Shown: piece by piece, positions 24,087 to 37,608 of the stretch
How the letters are laid out: every line of letters begins with the position of its first letter
Numbering within the stretch: the first letter of the stretch is position 1
Origin: Octopus sinensis
Lineage: Eukaryota
Direction: 5' to 3'
Assembly (NCBI RefSeq): GCF_006345805.1
Contig: NC_043007.1
Location: 38,626,001-38,690,000 of the forward strand
Length of the DNA: 64,000 nucleotides
Notes under the pieces: generated by a model
Databases searched by the model: none
What the model saw: the letters and a program-made list of their open reading frames with translations, nothing else
What the model was told of the DNA's origin: nothing
Made by a program: the position numbers and the translations under genes

Positions 24087-24311
24087 CCTTTTCGATACCA
24101 ACTCGCCTGGGACCATCCCTTGGCTCTGTGTTAAAACCTCTGTTTTTAAGTGATCAAAACTAAGACTTTCCATAAAAATTTCATGTTCATCATTATCATC
24201 ATAGTTCTAAACGCCAGCTTAATCACAGTTATTTTACTAAATTATTAATTATTTTCAAAATTAATTGAAACAAACGTTGTGTATTTCAACAGAAATATAG
24301 TAACAAAAGGG
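24087..24311. mobile_element. piggyBac-type MITE, family B
   Basis: TTAA|CCTTTT ... AAAAGGG|TTAA, internal similarity to 43172-43379. Confidence 0.85.
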
Positions 24312-24555
24312 TTAAAATTTTGGACTTATTGGTAGTGAATGATCAAATAGTTAGGGAGTTCAGTTTGGTGAACCAATGGTAATTACCACTCTTACATAAT
24401 TCATAATTAAGTGGTCTGTAGTGGGAGAAAACATATAACCATAAATAATTGTTCCAACAATATATTTATAGCCATACTTTGGATATCTGTCCTATACACA
24501 ATTACTTTGAAAGGAAAAAAAAAGATGTAAAATAAATATACAATAAAAAGTATAT

Positions 24556-24800
24556 GGCGTGGCTGTGTGTGTGATTACAAAGTTTATTCTGAGACTGCAT
24601 GGTTTTGAGTTCCTTCTTAATATGTGGCACCTTGGGCAGTGGCTTCTAATGTAGCTTTGAGCTGACCAATGAGTGAAACTGATAGATGGAAACTGCACAG
24701 AAGACCGTTATGTGTGGGTGTATAAGTCTGTGTATATATTATGTGTGTATGTATATACATGATAAATATATATGTATATGTGTATATATATGTGTTAAAA
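24556..24800 (+). mobile_element. SINE head type C, 3' truncated
   Basis: ggcgtggctgtg head, gtggcaccttgggcagtg CORE-like motif, ggaaactgcacagaagaccg. Confidence 0.7.
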
Positions 24801-26163
24801 ATGTCCAATATGGCAGTTGAATTGTAGTGATTCAGCACAATATTTTGTATTTGGTTACCTCCCCTTCATGTTCTACGTCATATAAATGTGTTTATACATG
24901 CATACATATACATACGTGTGTGTGTGTGTATGATAATGTGTATGATTATTTATTTCATCATGTCTTGACATTGACACTATTTGGGCTACAGTGATGTTAT
25001 GTTTACATCTTCTTAGTTTTGACATATGAAGACTAGCAGAATAAAAATAATTGAAAAAAAAAAATAAGAGTTGATGGTGAGAAGGCTATGTGACCATATA
25101 CTGCTTCAATGAATCTCATCCAATCCATGCCAACACATTAAAAGTAAACATAAAAATGATGGTGACAATGTCTAAGTTAATTCTAAATCTACTTGGGGAC
25201 AAAAAAGAAAAAAGCAAGACGAAAAACTAATTTGTATTTTTTAGTTCAATTTCTTTCTTGAAATTGAAAGCAGATGTTAAAAATAATCTTGTTTTTACTG
25301 TCTGACAGCATTTGGGGGTATATGTTATGTATGTATAATGTGTTAGCCATATACACAAACATATGGATTCCTGCTTTGGGAAATATATTTTGCTATCAAT
25401 GTTAGTGAATAATAGATCTTAATCATGATTGTTTTAACATCCACTTTTCCATGCTTGTATGGGTCGGATGGAATTGATCAAGGCAGATTTTCTACAGCTG
25501 GATGCCATTTTTGCCAATCCTTACCTGTTTCCATATAAGGTAATATTTCTCCTTGGCTGGACGTGTTTTTCACAGAAGAATAGAAATGAACGACACTGTC
25601 TGGCAGTGATACTTACATACAACACACATGTGTGTGCAATGAATTTCTTTCAGTTTCTGTCTACCAAATCCATTCAAAAGGCTTTGGTCAGCCTGAGGCT
25701 ATAGTAGAAGACACTTGCTCAAGGTGCCATGCAGTATGATTGAACCTGAAGCCTGCATGTAAATTTCTTAAATAATAAATCTATTATGTTATTGCAGTTA
25801 AATGGTTAGTGATTAGATCCATTATCTTTGTCACATTATAACAGTTTTATTTCATTAAAATTTTATCTCAGTTCATAATTTGAAGCTAGAGAAAAGTAGA
25901 AACATTTGGCAGTTTCTGCCATTTTTGAGGAGGAACTTTTTAACCATACATAGGTGCATGATGATGAAGTTTCACAAGCCACACAGTTTCATGTTCAATT
26001 CCACTGTACAGAACTTTCAGTATCTGTCTTCTGTTATAACCCTGAGCTGACTAATGCCTTGTTGGTGAATTTGTTTGATGGAAACTGTAAAAAAAAAGTC
26101 TGTTGATATGTATGTGAGTGTGTATTTTTGCATATGAATGTGTGCTGATATTTCACTTGTCAC

Positions 26164-26379
26164 ATTAAGGTGGTGAGCTGGCAGAATTATTAGCATGCTG
26201 GGCAAAATGCTTAGTGGCATTTTTCCTGACTTTGTTCTGAGTTTGAATCTCACCAAGGTCGACTTCGCCTTTCGTTCTTTCAGATGTTGATAAAATAAAT
26301 ACCAGTTGATTACTGGGGGTTGATGTAATCAACTAGGCCTCTCCCCCATAATTTCAGGCCTTTCGCTTATAGTAGAAAG
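26164..26379 (+). mobile_element. Nin-like SINE
   Basis: 14-bp direct repeat GATATTTCACTTGT at 26147-26160 and 26380-26393. Confidence 0.8.
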
Positions 26380-27599
26380 GATATTTCACTTGTTACTGAG
26401 TGAAATTGATGGTGATGTTTCCATTCTTTGTTGACACTATAAATAGTTGTTTTATACTTTCGATGACCTGTGGAATAAAAAAAAAAAAAGATTTCTTAGC
26501 TTGAAAAACAAATGAAGTTTAATAAAAGAAAGAGCATCTTGGTGTAAAATCCTGTCTCAATCAATTCCTGTCTGAAGTATTCTAGCATGGAAAAACATAC
26601 TAAACAAATGAATTAAAATCTCTGATAGAATTTATATCTGATAATCATTTATCTTAGCTTTTTACTTATTTCAGTCATTGGACTACAGCCACGGTGGGAC
26701 ACCACCTTAGAAGGTTTAGTCAAACAAATCTTTCCCAGTATGCTTTTATTTTTAAAGTTTGGTATTTATTCTGTCATTGTCTCATTATCTTTTGCTGAGC
26801 TGCTAAGTAATTGGGATGTAAACAATTCAACACTTGTCAGGCTGTGAGTGGAGCAGTGTGGACAAAGTCTCACTCATATACATGTAATAAGGTTTCGCAT
26901 GACTGTAGTTAGAGCTTTGCTTCCCAATCACATGCTTCGGGGCTCAGTCCCACTGCATGACTAAGTGACAAGTCACACAGTGAGAATAGTTAACTTTATT
27001 TAAGAATGTGTTTTACAGACCTGAATTAGACATATTCATCATTCTTAGATTATGGTACAATTTTGTGTGCGAGTGTGTGTATCAAATAACATTTCCTTCT
27101 GCTGAAGACATTACTTTTCCATCAATAATTTATTTTGCTTAAAATTGCAAACGATGGGTTTTTTCTTCTTTTGCTGCCCTGTTAACTATCATTCCCTGCC
27201 ATCCAACATTGAACAAACAAGAAAGTAGATACCACTATTTTTGTCCAGTTGGTAAGCTTGATTGATTACTAAAAAGAAATCTACAATTCCGTCTACGAGT
27301 ACTTGTGAATTGGCGATCACATCTACAATTGGTGTGCGTGAGTCTAGTGAAAGTGATTCAGAAAACAATTATAATAATAATTTTTATTACAAATGATCTT
27401 GACATTCTTTATACTTTACATAAAATTTCTTTACATTCTACTGTTGTTTTGTTGCCATTTATTTATGAGTATTATAAATTTTATAGGTAAAATATTTTTC
27501 TGGGAACAAATCATGATTTATAACATTGCTCTGCTTTACGAGTGTCTCTGGGAACTCATATATCAAGGCATTGCTGTATATCATTCACATCATAATCAA

Positions 27600-28030
27600 A
27601 ATACAATAGGTTTCTTTACTCATAGACTAATTTAGAAACTAGCACTGGTTTGGTCATGTGATGTGGATGGATGTAGACAGCACCATAAAGAAATGCCAAT
27701 CACTCAAAGTGGATGGAACTCTTGGTAGAGGGTTATACAGGAAGACATTGAATGAAGTTCTGAAGGATGACCTCTGGACACTGAACCTTATGGAAGGGAT
27801 GGAGATATCTGGCACTTTGCTGTCCTCAAGAAGATCCATTCTCCACTGTTGAAGTATTAATGCTGCTCCCTCTGCTGAGGAGGATTGGCATGTAAAAAGC
27901 ACCCAGCACACTCTGTAAAGTAGCTGCCATTAGGAAGGGCATCCAGCTGTAGAAACCAAGCCAAATCAGACTGTAACTTGGTGCAGCCCTCCTGCTTGCC
28001 AGCATGAAAAACGGACGTTAATTGATGATG
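27600..28030 (+). mobile_element. RTE LINE ORF2 end plus (GAT)n tail
   Basis: WFGHVMWMDVDSTIKKCQSLKVDGTLGRG resembles the RTE C-terminus; tail gcatgaaaaacggacgttaattgatgatgatg. Confidence 0.7.
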
Positions 28031-28397
28031 ATGTGTCTACAATAGTTATACAAAATATCACGCATGTAGAGAATATTTTTCTTTTATTTCCATTCATTTG
28101 CAATTAAGTTGTAATTAGTTAAAGTATTCCAAATATGTCACAGTATGTGACTGGTGTATGCTGAATATAACTTCATTCATTTTAAAGTGTTGTGAAAGTT
28201 ATAGATTTGTTCTTAACAAAGATGAAGCACGCACGAAATTCTTTAAAAAATTAGTGACAGTATCATTTACATTTAGACAGAATAGTTCCTGTGTAGAGAA
28301 AAATCTCATTCATTCTAGAAACTGTAGTTCTGTGGTAACTTGGGGTTCCTTACAGATCTTTTCTCAATGACTTTATACATTTCCTATAATTTCAAGT

Positions 28398-28805
28398 CTG
28401 GCTGTGTGGTAAAAAGTTTGCTTTCCAACCACATTGTTTTGAGTTCAGTCCTACTGCATGACACCTTGGGCTAGTGTCTTCTGCTACAGCTCTAGGCTGA
28501 TGAAAACCTTGTGAATAGATTTGGTTGATGGGAATTGAAAGAAGCCCATTGTATGTATGTGTGTGTGTGTGTGTCTTTTTGTCTTGACATCGTGTGATAG
28601 GTGTAAATGACAGTCACTGTCATACAAGCAGTGTCACTCATTTCTGATATTTTGCGAGAACAGGTCTCGCTGTGGGTAAATATTACCTTGCTTGGAAACA
28701 GGTGAGGTTTGGCAACAGGAATGGCATCTGACAATCTCCATCATCGAAAACTTCATCCAACCCATGCAAGCATGGAAAAAAGAGGGATGTTAAAGTAATG
28801 ATGAT
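28398..28805 (+). mobile_element. SINE head C with RTE-type tail
   Basis: tRNA/CORE-like head, internal TG tract, tail tccaacccatgcaagcatggaaaa...gatgatg. Confidence 0.75.
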
Positions 28806-29240
28806 GTGTGTGTTTTGCTATGTGGACCTGTATGATGCTAAACTGTTACTGCATCGTCAGGGAAAGCTATTTGGCCCTTTCAAATCCTCTTCTCCCTCTC
28901 AAAAGAAAAAAAATAAAATCAATGTGTTTGGTCTCCATTATTTTAAATGCTGCCAACAGCACTTACCTAAGGCAGCAAGCTGGCAGAATCGTGAGCATGC
29001 TTTGCAGCATTTCTTCTGGCTTAACATTCTGAGATCAAAATTCCACTGAGGTCAACTTTGCCTTTCATCCTTTTGGAATTTTTAATTCTTGGTGTCGATG
29101 AATCATTTTCCAAAATTTCAGGCCTTATTTTGTACTCAAAACAAACTTTTATTTTATTTCTATTTTTCTCTCCTCTCTTTAAATAATTTTTTTTTTATTA
29201 CTTCTGAAATTGAAATGTGATTAATTTTTTTTCTTTCTAG

Positions 29241-29300
29241 GCTGACCATGATTTGAATGAATTGAAAATGTTGATTGAAGATAGCTGTCAGACAACTTTG
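29241..29300 (+). CDS. WDR26: WDR26 exon 3, 60 nt (ADHDLNELKMLIEDSCQTTL)
   Basis: Acceptor tttttctttctag|G, donor TTG|GTAATG, phase 0/0; matches human AENDLNELKPLV; not in the ORF track. Confidence 0.92.
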
Positions 29301-29724
29301 GTAATGTTTAAAGGAAAAATATTTTTGAATTTCTTTCTATTTTGTATCTTTTAATTTGCATTTTGATTAATAGTATAACTGGTAGTTTTTTCTTTTTTTT
29401 ATATTAAATGCAAATGACCAATATTCCTAAATACTGGTAATCCCTGAGGACCCGAACAAGTCCATTTCATCAACTTAGTTTCAGTTAGCTGCATGAGGCT
29501 GACATATTTTATGACCACCCCAGCTTAATGGATCACTCTCTGGCCAAATTCCAACTCCTTTCCTTTTTCTCTCTGATAGATGTTGCCTTATGAAAAATAG
29601 TTATGAAATATCATTTAAATTTTAATACTTATTATAGTTCCAGGTCAGTTCTGATCAAATAGAACTTAGTTAATCATTCTGTTTACTAATTGTAATCATT
29701 CTCTCTTTTCTTTGATTTATATGA

Positions 29725-29782
<58 letters not shown>

Positions 29783-30747
29783 ATATATAATCATCATTGC
29801 TTAGTGTTCGCTTTCCATGCTGGCATGGGTTGGACAGTTTGAGTGAAAACTGGTAAGCTGGGGGGGGCTGTGCCAGTTCCACTCTGATTTGGCAAGGTTT
29901 CTATGGCTGGATGCCCTTCCTAATGCCAACCACTCTGAGAGTGTAGTGGTGTTTTTTACATGCCACTGGCACGGGTGCCATTGACCTGACGCTGGTATTG
30001 GCCATGACTATGGCCTCACTTGGCTTGATGGATCTTCTGAAGCATTGCATATCACCAAAGATCTTGGTCACTTGTCATTGCTTCTGTGAGACCCAACATT
30101 CAAAGATCGTGCTTCACCACCTTATCCCTTGTCTTCCTGGGTCTACCTCTTCAACAGATTTGAAAGGCCCTTTGCTACCAACAGAGGTAGGAGCTCTCTG
30201 AACTTTGCCCAACCTATTGTTATTCTAGCAGCTATGCTCTCAGAGTGTGTGTGTATATATATATATATTATATATATATATAATATATATATATATATAT
30301 AGTATGTAAGAACAGGTATGGTTAAAAAGTTTGCTTCCCAACCATGTAATTTTGGGTTCAGTCAACCAATGCCTTGTGAGTGAATTTGGTGATCAGAGAC
30401 CAAAAGATGCCTCTCTGAGTGTTGCATGAATGTGCACATGTGAATGTATTTATGTGTATGTTTGTGAGATTTAGTTTGTATTTCATTATCTACAGGTGCT
30501 CATTTGCTGATTGTAAAGGAAAGGCTTGTTCATATGATGTTGTTTTGTTGTTTGTTTCCAGTTCTCCATGTAAATTCATGTGGCTTGTTGTTCAGTGGTT
30601 GGTGAAAGGAAAGGCATCTAGTCATAAAAAAAAAAACTCTGCTCCAACATACCCTTGTCAGACCCATGCAAGCATGGAAAAGTAGACAGTAAAATAATGA
30701 TGATAATATCGATGTATTTAAGACTACATTGTTCAATGTGTTTTTAA

Positions 30748-30962
30748 CCCCTTTAGCATTCAGTTTATTCTGTCAAATATAATGCTTATTTAGTGACATT
30801 GTTTTGAATGAATCATGCATTATCTCAGCTTCAAGATTTTGAGGATGTGACTATTTTTAGAATGACAGTATAAGGTAGGTGTGAGAGACTGGATCTGGCT
30901 GGTTTGAACAAAAATCAAGTAGAGTATTTGGGCTGGATATGGCCAGTTTAAATGCTAAAGGG
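30748..30962. mobile_element. piggyBac-type MITE, family A
   Basis: TTAA|CCCCTTTAGCATT ... AATGCTAAAGGG; right TSD degenerate. Confidence 0.8.
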
Positions 30963-31199
30963 ACTCAGATGTTAGAATGTGATTTCAGTAAGATTTGGTT
31001 GCTATTTCTAGGTGGTTGATCAACAGAATGGATGCTCTCTTGTTGGCTCAAATGGCTCCATCCTTGGGGTGTTTTTGTCCTTTCTTTCAAACTACTAACC
31101 CAAGTGTACCAATCTCACTCAAACAGCACCTTTTATGTACAACCAGTGCTGTCTTTATCCCGTTTTCACCCACTACTTTCCTTCAGAACAAGTGAGACC

Positions 31200-31660
31200 A
31201 TAACCCGTGGCCTCTACCTGAGATTTAGCCAGTCCGCTTATGCATACCTTTCCTTCATGGGACACAAAACTCTACTTGCAAAGACCTGTTGAGGCAAGTA
31301 AAATCGAAATCGATCAAAATCAATGGAAATTGTAGTTGTGATACCAGTCCCGGTGGCACGTAAGAGAACCATCCGAACGTGGCCGTTGCCAGCGCCGCCC
31401 CAACTGGCCTCCGTGCTGGTGGCACATAAAAAGCACCAACCGATCGTGGCTGTTGCCAGCCTTGTCTGGCACCTGTGCCGGTGGCACGTAAAAAGCACCC
31501 ACTACACTCACGGAGTGGTTGGCGTTAGGAAGGGCATCCAGCTGTAGAAACACTGCCAGATCAGACTGGGCCTGGTACAGCCTCCTGGCTTCCAGACCCC
31601 AGTTGAACCGTCCAACCCATGCTAGCATGGAAAGCGGACGTTAAACGATGATGATGATGA
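31200..31660 (+). mobile_element. Young RTE-type 3' end with three GTGCCGGTGGCAC-containing units and (GAT)n tail
   Basis: CpG-rich; tail matches 13103 and 29790 copies; ends about 70 nt before the exon 4 acceptor. Confidence 0.75.
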
Positions 31661-31728
31661 AATTTAAAAAAAAAAAAAAAAAGTTTTTATTGATAACACT
31701 TGTTAATGAAGCATCTATTTCATTTCAG

Positions 31729-31865
31729 AAGATGAAATTTCTTATTCTTGAACAGAAGTATCTTGAGTTCTTAGAAGAAGGCAAGAACTTGGATGCATTA
31801 CAGTGTTTACGACATGAATTAACGCCGTTAAAATTTAATACTGAACGTGTGCATGAACTTAGTAC
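31729..31865 (+). CDS. WDR26: WDR26 exon 4 ([45 protein letters not shown]), CTLH
   Basis: Acceptor catttcag|A, donor AC|GTAAGT; matches human [45 protein letters not shown]. Confidence 0.96.
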
Positions 31866-32160
31866 GTAAGTAAACAATTTTTTATGTTTTATTTTTTTTT
31901 TATGTTTGTTTGTTTCAGACAGGTAACTTTGAATGCAAGCTTTTGTTCCTGTATAAGTGTAAACCAAAAAGGTATACAGTATGTTTGTAAGTTGATTCCA
32001 TCTCTCTCTCTCTCTCTGGATTTAACGCTATTACCTACACTTTGGGTGCTTTTAGTGAAATTCTCTTTGTTGTAGTCTTCCATCTAAGAAGTTCCTCCTG
32101 CTACTAGTCTTTGAAGGCTATGCAAAAAGGTCATGACCTGGCCTATTCTCTTCTGATTTC

Positions 32161-32370
32161 CCCTTTAAATACTAACCTGCCCGAGACAGCCTCTAGTTCT
32201 CTAATACATCCAGTTTTGAAATAATCTAAAAATCTTGCATCAAAATTTCATGTTAATTCAAATTCCAAATACCAGCTAAATAATGATTGTTATTTGGCTA
32301 AATTCTTCATTATTCTAAATATAAATTGAAACAAAGGCAGTGAATTTCAGTGGAAATATGATAACAAGGG
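32161..32370. mobile_element. piggyBac-type MITE, family B, degenerate
   Basis: CCCTTT ... AAGGG|TTAA. Confidence 0.7.
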
Positions 32371-33849
32371 TTAAACTATAAAAAAAAATATTGTAAATAA
32401 CTATTGGCCATACAGTTATGGATAAGAGATTGAAGTATTTTCTAGCCTTGAAGAGAAAAGCCAGTCTTTAAGGTGCAATTCTAGCTATGCAATTGATGTA
32501 CAGTCACCAGGAAAGATCTTTATTGATAGTGAGACCCAGCATTTGAAGCAACTGTGAAGGCTGTTGGTGTTTAGGGGTGGTGGTCTAGTGGTGTTTTCTT
32601 GATATGAATATTGCTTGATTTTTTTTTTTACTCTTAAGAGACAAGATTTAGCATGGCTCTATGAAGCTTGCTCTCAAGGTCTCCATATATGAAATCAACG
32701 CAGAGTTAGCATTTGTGTCTAGCTTGTGTTGCATTGGATGATGTATGGTTAGAGAAAGACATTGAGGAATGAAAGATCATGTCATTTGCATGAGGGCGGA
32801 AGTTGTTGAACTTAGTAGCAAGTAACGTGCCATGATAGTGTGACCTGATAGGGAGCTACATACCGAACAGATTGAGCAGTCTTATGATTAACGGTATTCC
32901 AGCTGCAATAACCATGTTTTAGGGGCCTTCTAGAATTCTATTATCCAATGTCTCTTTTTTTCAAAGGAGAGCTTGGAATATGTGATCCAAGGGAGATTTG
33001 ATTACTAGTTCTAACAAGTCAAACAACCATGCAAACACTCTCTTGTTGGCTCATGTAATTCATCTGAATATTGATAGTTGACTCAGCTGAACTCTGCTGC
33101 TTAAACACCTCTTAGTCAGACTAATCTTGTTCTGTCTGTCTTTCTTGGCCTTCACATCCTGTATCGACAGTGGCTCTTTTTTATTCCTTGCCTTCTGCTA
33201 TCCCACATGGATCTTTCTCCTCTATCACAGTGACATATACTTCCTTAAACCATTTCTGTACCACTTCATTTTCTCTTTTCTTTCTCTGTTAGTTTCATTC
33301 TTTTATTATTCCACTTGTCTTTTTTTCCTTCCCCTTTAGAAAAAAATGGCTGTTGGTTATTAAGTCAAGGGGCTGGACAGATGACGATACTGTCAGTTGT
33401 AAGTCCGAACCTTACTGTTATTACAGGCCCAGTTTGTTAACGCTCCTGCTCAGGGAATATAACCTTTATTTTAGAATAAAAAAAAAAACTGAGATATTTA
33501 ATGTGCACACTTATGCATTGTATGCAATATTGAGGTCCATGGGATTCACGAGAAGCTGTCACATTTTGAAACTGTCCAACCTATGGAAAACTAATCACTA
33601 GGTTGTAATTTAAAAAAAACAGAAAAAGCTTCTCAACTTCGTACGAGTTATCTACCTTGAGTTGTGAGAATGTTTTATTATAAAGCCATAATGATTTTTG
33701 CATTTGACACTTTTCTATGGCCATTCAAGTGCCCTTCTATGCCATATGATGAGTACAGAGGGGCACTTGTTCCTTTGCTCCTATGAAGTGGGGGCTTGCA
33801 TTATCTCAAGGCTCATTGAATCTGATGTTTTTTTATTAGTTTAGTTAAG

Positions 33850-34170
33850 AGGTTGTATTTGACTGCTGCCATGCTGGGGCACCATCTTGAATGATTTTTT
33901 TAGTTGAACAAATCGACCTCAGATTTTTGTTTTCTAGTACTTATTCTATCAGTCTTTTATGCTGAACCACTAAATTATGTAAACACACCAATACTGGTTG
34001 TTAAATGGTGGTGGTGGTGGGACTAAGACACACACACGTACACCACAGGCTTCTATCAGTTTCCGTCTACCAAATCCACTCCCAAGGCTTTGGTTGGCCC
34101 AAGGTACCACGTAGTGGGACTGAACCTGGAATCATGTGGTTAAGAAGCAAACTTCTTATCACATAGCCAT
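33850..34170 (-). mobile_element. SINE head C
   Basis: Reverse complement of the 56649 family. Confidence 0.7.
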
Positions 34171-34386
34171 GCCCGCACCTGTATGGTTAAGGTGTTTGGA
34201 CATGACAGTGTGGTGAAGTTAATTCTTACTTCATATTTCATTGGTCTGTAGCAGGCATGGCCTCCATCTGTGAAAACAGTTGCTGCAACAAAAACCCACT
34301 TATAAAATATTGAATATGTAAGATGATGGAGTGGGCATACAGAAACCATTTCCCTAAAGCTTTCCTTCTATCATCTTTTATAATAT

Positions 34387-34697
34387 CACCATGATCACCG
34401 TGACCGACCAGGCTATCAAATGTTGCTACACATCGCTGGTCACAATGCGCTTCCCATTGTTTTAGCCTTCAAATGACGCCACCCCGCTGGTTAAGCGAGC
34501 AGGCCAACAGAAGAAAGAGTGAGAGAAAGTTGTGGCGAAAGAGTACAGCTGGGATCACCACCACCCCCTGCCAGAGCCTCGTGGAGCTTTAGGTGTTTTC
34601 GCTCAATAAACACTCATAACGCCCGGTCTGGGAATTGAAGCCGCGATCCTACGACCGCGAGTCCTCTGCCCTAACCATTGGGCCATTGCGCCTCCAC
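34387..34697 (-). mobile_element. tRNA-Arg-like SINE (head A, tail 3)
   Basis: 12-bp TSD CTTTTATAATAT at 34375-34386 and 34698-34709. Confidence 0.9.
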
Positions 34698-35807
34698 CTT
34701 TTATAATATGAGGTGTAGTAATTTAATAGATTCCAGTGTGATAGTTCAGCTGTTTTGTTAGTGATTAACCTCATGTCCGAGGTATGATTTTTTTTTTCAA
34801 ATTTGACTGTGACAATTCATCCAACCTATGTCAGTATGAAAAATGGACATAAAACGGTTAAGTATCCTCGCTAAATAGATGTGAATCCAATCTTGTTAGA
34901 ATTGCTCCAAGTTGCATTAGCTGAATCTTTATAAACTATTTTATTATCTGCTTGATAAGGAAGTAGGGTTAATTGAACAATGTGTGTAAGAGAGAGAAAC
35001 TGTTGAAGAGGGTTTGGGAGAAGGAGCAGGTCACTAAAGACAATTATTTTTATGAGATACAAAAAGAATAATAGTATAACTTAAAATGTTGTAAATTTTG
35101 GAAAGCTGGCTTGTTCTTCCATCATATTGTAGCCTTTCAACAACTGGCATGGGATCAGCAACCCTCCCCCTGTTAACAACTGCTCACCCCATTTAGTCAA
35201 AGAGGCTTTTCCTCTACTCTCCCCCACCTTTAGTTTTCTCTTTATTCTTTTTCTTGCCTTGCAAGTATGTATGTACATATATGTATGTGTGTAGATATAT
35301 ACATTATTATATGAGTGAACGCCACATATCCATTTCCAAGTAAGTTTATCGTGATAATTTTGATGCGGCTCTACCTTGTACTGTTCTCTCTCTCCCCCCT
35401 TTCGTTTTCTCTCTCTTCTTTTCTCTAATTCTTTTTTCTCCTCTTCTCCCCCTTTTGATTTTTCTTTCTCATCCTTTTTTTCTCCCCATCACTGTTTTCT
35501 ATCTCCCCCCTCTCGTTGCTCACATGTGACCATCATCCATCTTTCTTATCCTCACGTGATCATCTTACTTTTCCTTCAGTCTGTTGTACAGATCAGATGC
35601 ATTCATACCTGTCTCCTCTTTTATTTTTTCTCTCTTGAAATGCTTGAAATGAGTAGATAGGCAGCCAACAACTGATGAAGGGTCATTCTTTATGTTACTT
35701 GTCTTGTTTCACATTTGTTTCTCTCATTGCTTGCATACCCAAGTTTGTCTTCATATTTCATGTTTACATTTTGTTGACGCCCTGTACCCATATATGTATA
35801 CATGAAT

Positions 35808-35884
35808 ATGTGTGTATGTACATATATGTATGTATATATGCATATATATATATATATACATACATATATATTTTTTATTTATAT

Positions 35885-35930
<46 letters not shown>

Positions 35931-35992
35931 CATATATGTATGTATATATGCATATATATATATATACATACATATATATATTTTATTTATAT

Positions 35993-36029
<37 letters not shown>

Positions 36030-36045
36030 TATATATATATATATT
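35808..36045. repeat. Tandem duplication of a roughly 115-bp compound TA/TG microsatellite unit
   Basis: tatgtacatatatgtatgtatatatgcata...ttttatttatattgtgtg occurs twice in tandem. Confidence 0.75.
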
Positions 36046-36447
36046 ATATATATATGAGCACATGTGCTCATGTATGCACACACACTTGTACATGTCCAGA
36101 GGTATGAGATAAAGAGTACTCAATGCATGTTGAGTTTATTTATTTTAAAGAAGCTGATTATTAACTCGCTGATTAGTTTCTTGCTATGTGTCACTGGTCA
36201 GTCAACAGAAATGGTGTACCTGGAAGAGATTAGCATTTAAATTTAAGAAATTGTGTACAATGCTTATTGAAACCTGTTAATGCTTTGCTCTGCTCAATGT
36301 TTTACCTTTATAAGGTTTTATATAAGAGTGAAGGGTACTGAATATAAAGGCATGCATGTGTAATGGTTATATGTGTATATATATGAAATATGTGATATGC
36401 CAGAACCCCTCATCTATATGATATGTATTTATTACTTTGTTGTCTAG

Positions 36448-36545
36448 GTATATGATGTGTAATAATCCACAAGATTTAAGAGAAACATCCGATTGGGAAG
36501 GGAAAGGGATTGTTTCCAGACAAAAACTTATTGAAAAATTACAAT
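36448..36545 (+). CDS. WDR26: WDR26 exon 5 (YMMCNNPQDLRETSDWEGKGIVSRQKLIEKLQ)
   Basis: Acceptor tgtctag|G, donor T|GTGAGT; matches human [32 protein letters not shown]; not in the ORF track. Confidence 0.95.
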
Positions 36546-37345
36546 GTGAGTGGTCATTTTTTTCATACGTTTTTAAAATGTTCTTTTAAAAACCGTGTTT
36601 ACTTTCTTTTTAATCAGTGATACAATGTTTTGAGACTTCATGTAGCAGGTAAAAATACTGAAATGTGATTCCTTAATCAAACCATACCTTAGAACAAAAA
36701 AAAACCAAAAAAAAAACGTTTTATATTACATATTGCAAGCAAGCCAGGTCACCAACATTGACTGGTTCCTGGTTAACCAACAGCTTATAAATCTGTATTT
36801 TGTCGTTATTGTCACCTTCAGCTTTTAGAAAATATTTTTGCATAATAAAACTAATCCCACGTAGATGTACTACACCTATTTACATTCAAATTTCTGCCAT
36901 GATAAACGTCTAATTTGTACGATTTATTTCCCTTTGAAACTATAAAAAATGCTAAAATCCCAAATAAGCTATTTTGTGCTTGAAGTTGCTGAATTTAAAC
37001 ACCTTTGCAAATAAACACCTCTCATGGATAGTCATAGGGTGTTTATAGCATGGCATTGATCTTTACATTTGTTGCATTGAATATCATTTTCACTTCTACT
37101 GATATCAGAAATGTTAATCTATGTTTTCTGTAACAACTTTCAATATTTTGAGAGAGAAAAAATAGCCAAACAAAATCAAAAAGAAAACTTTAGGTGCAAC
37201 TCAGGAACTAATTAGTTCCAATCGTATTCTATGTCATTTTTGAAAAAAGAAATTGTGTGACAAAAAGAAACCATTCAAATTAGCCAATATATAGCAAAAT
37301 TGCATACCAAATGTTACTGATAATTGTAAATTGTACATCTATACT

Positions 37346-37608
37346 GTGGCAGCGCGTGGCTTAGTGGTTAGGGTGTCAGCATCATGATCATAAGATTGTA
37401 GTTTCAATTCCTGGACTGGGCGATGCGTTGTGTTCTTGAGCAAAACACTTCATTTCATGTTGCTCCCGTCCACTCAGATGGCAAAAATGAGTAACCATGC
37501 GATGGACTGGCGTCCCATCAAGCTGGGGAACACATAGGCCATTGAAACCGGGAAAGCGGGCCCATGAGCCTGGCTAGGCTTTAAAAGGGCACATTTATTT
37601 ATTTTTAT
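37346..37608 (+). mobile_element. tRNA/CORE-like SINE (head B, tail 2)
   Basis: Direct repeat TACATCTAT(A/T)CT at 37334-37345 and 37609-37620; gcgatggactggcgtccc domain. Confidence 0.85.

Noticed and set aside
27470-27495. TAG|GTAAAA as a recursive splice site in intron 2
   Set aside because: Weak pyrimidine tract and donor; expected by chance in AT-rich DNA
29301-29354. In-frame extension of exon 3 equivalent to the human alternative donor
   Set aside because: Frame stops after 17 codons and the only internal GT (29344) is out of phase
35640-35700. CTGATGA motif near GAAA (also 17917, 22367, 46477, 58184)
   Set aside because: None can be folded into a hammerhead with correct order and stems
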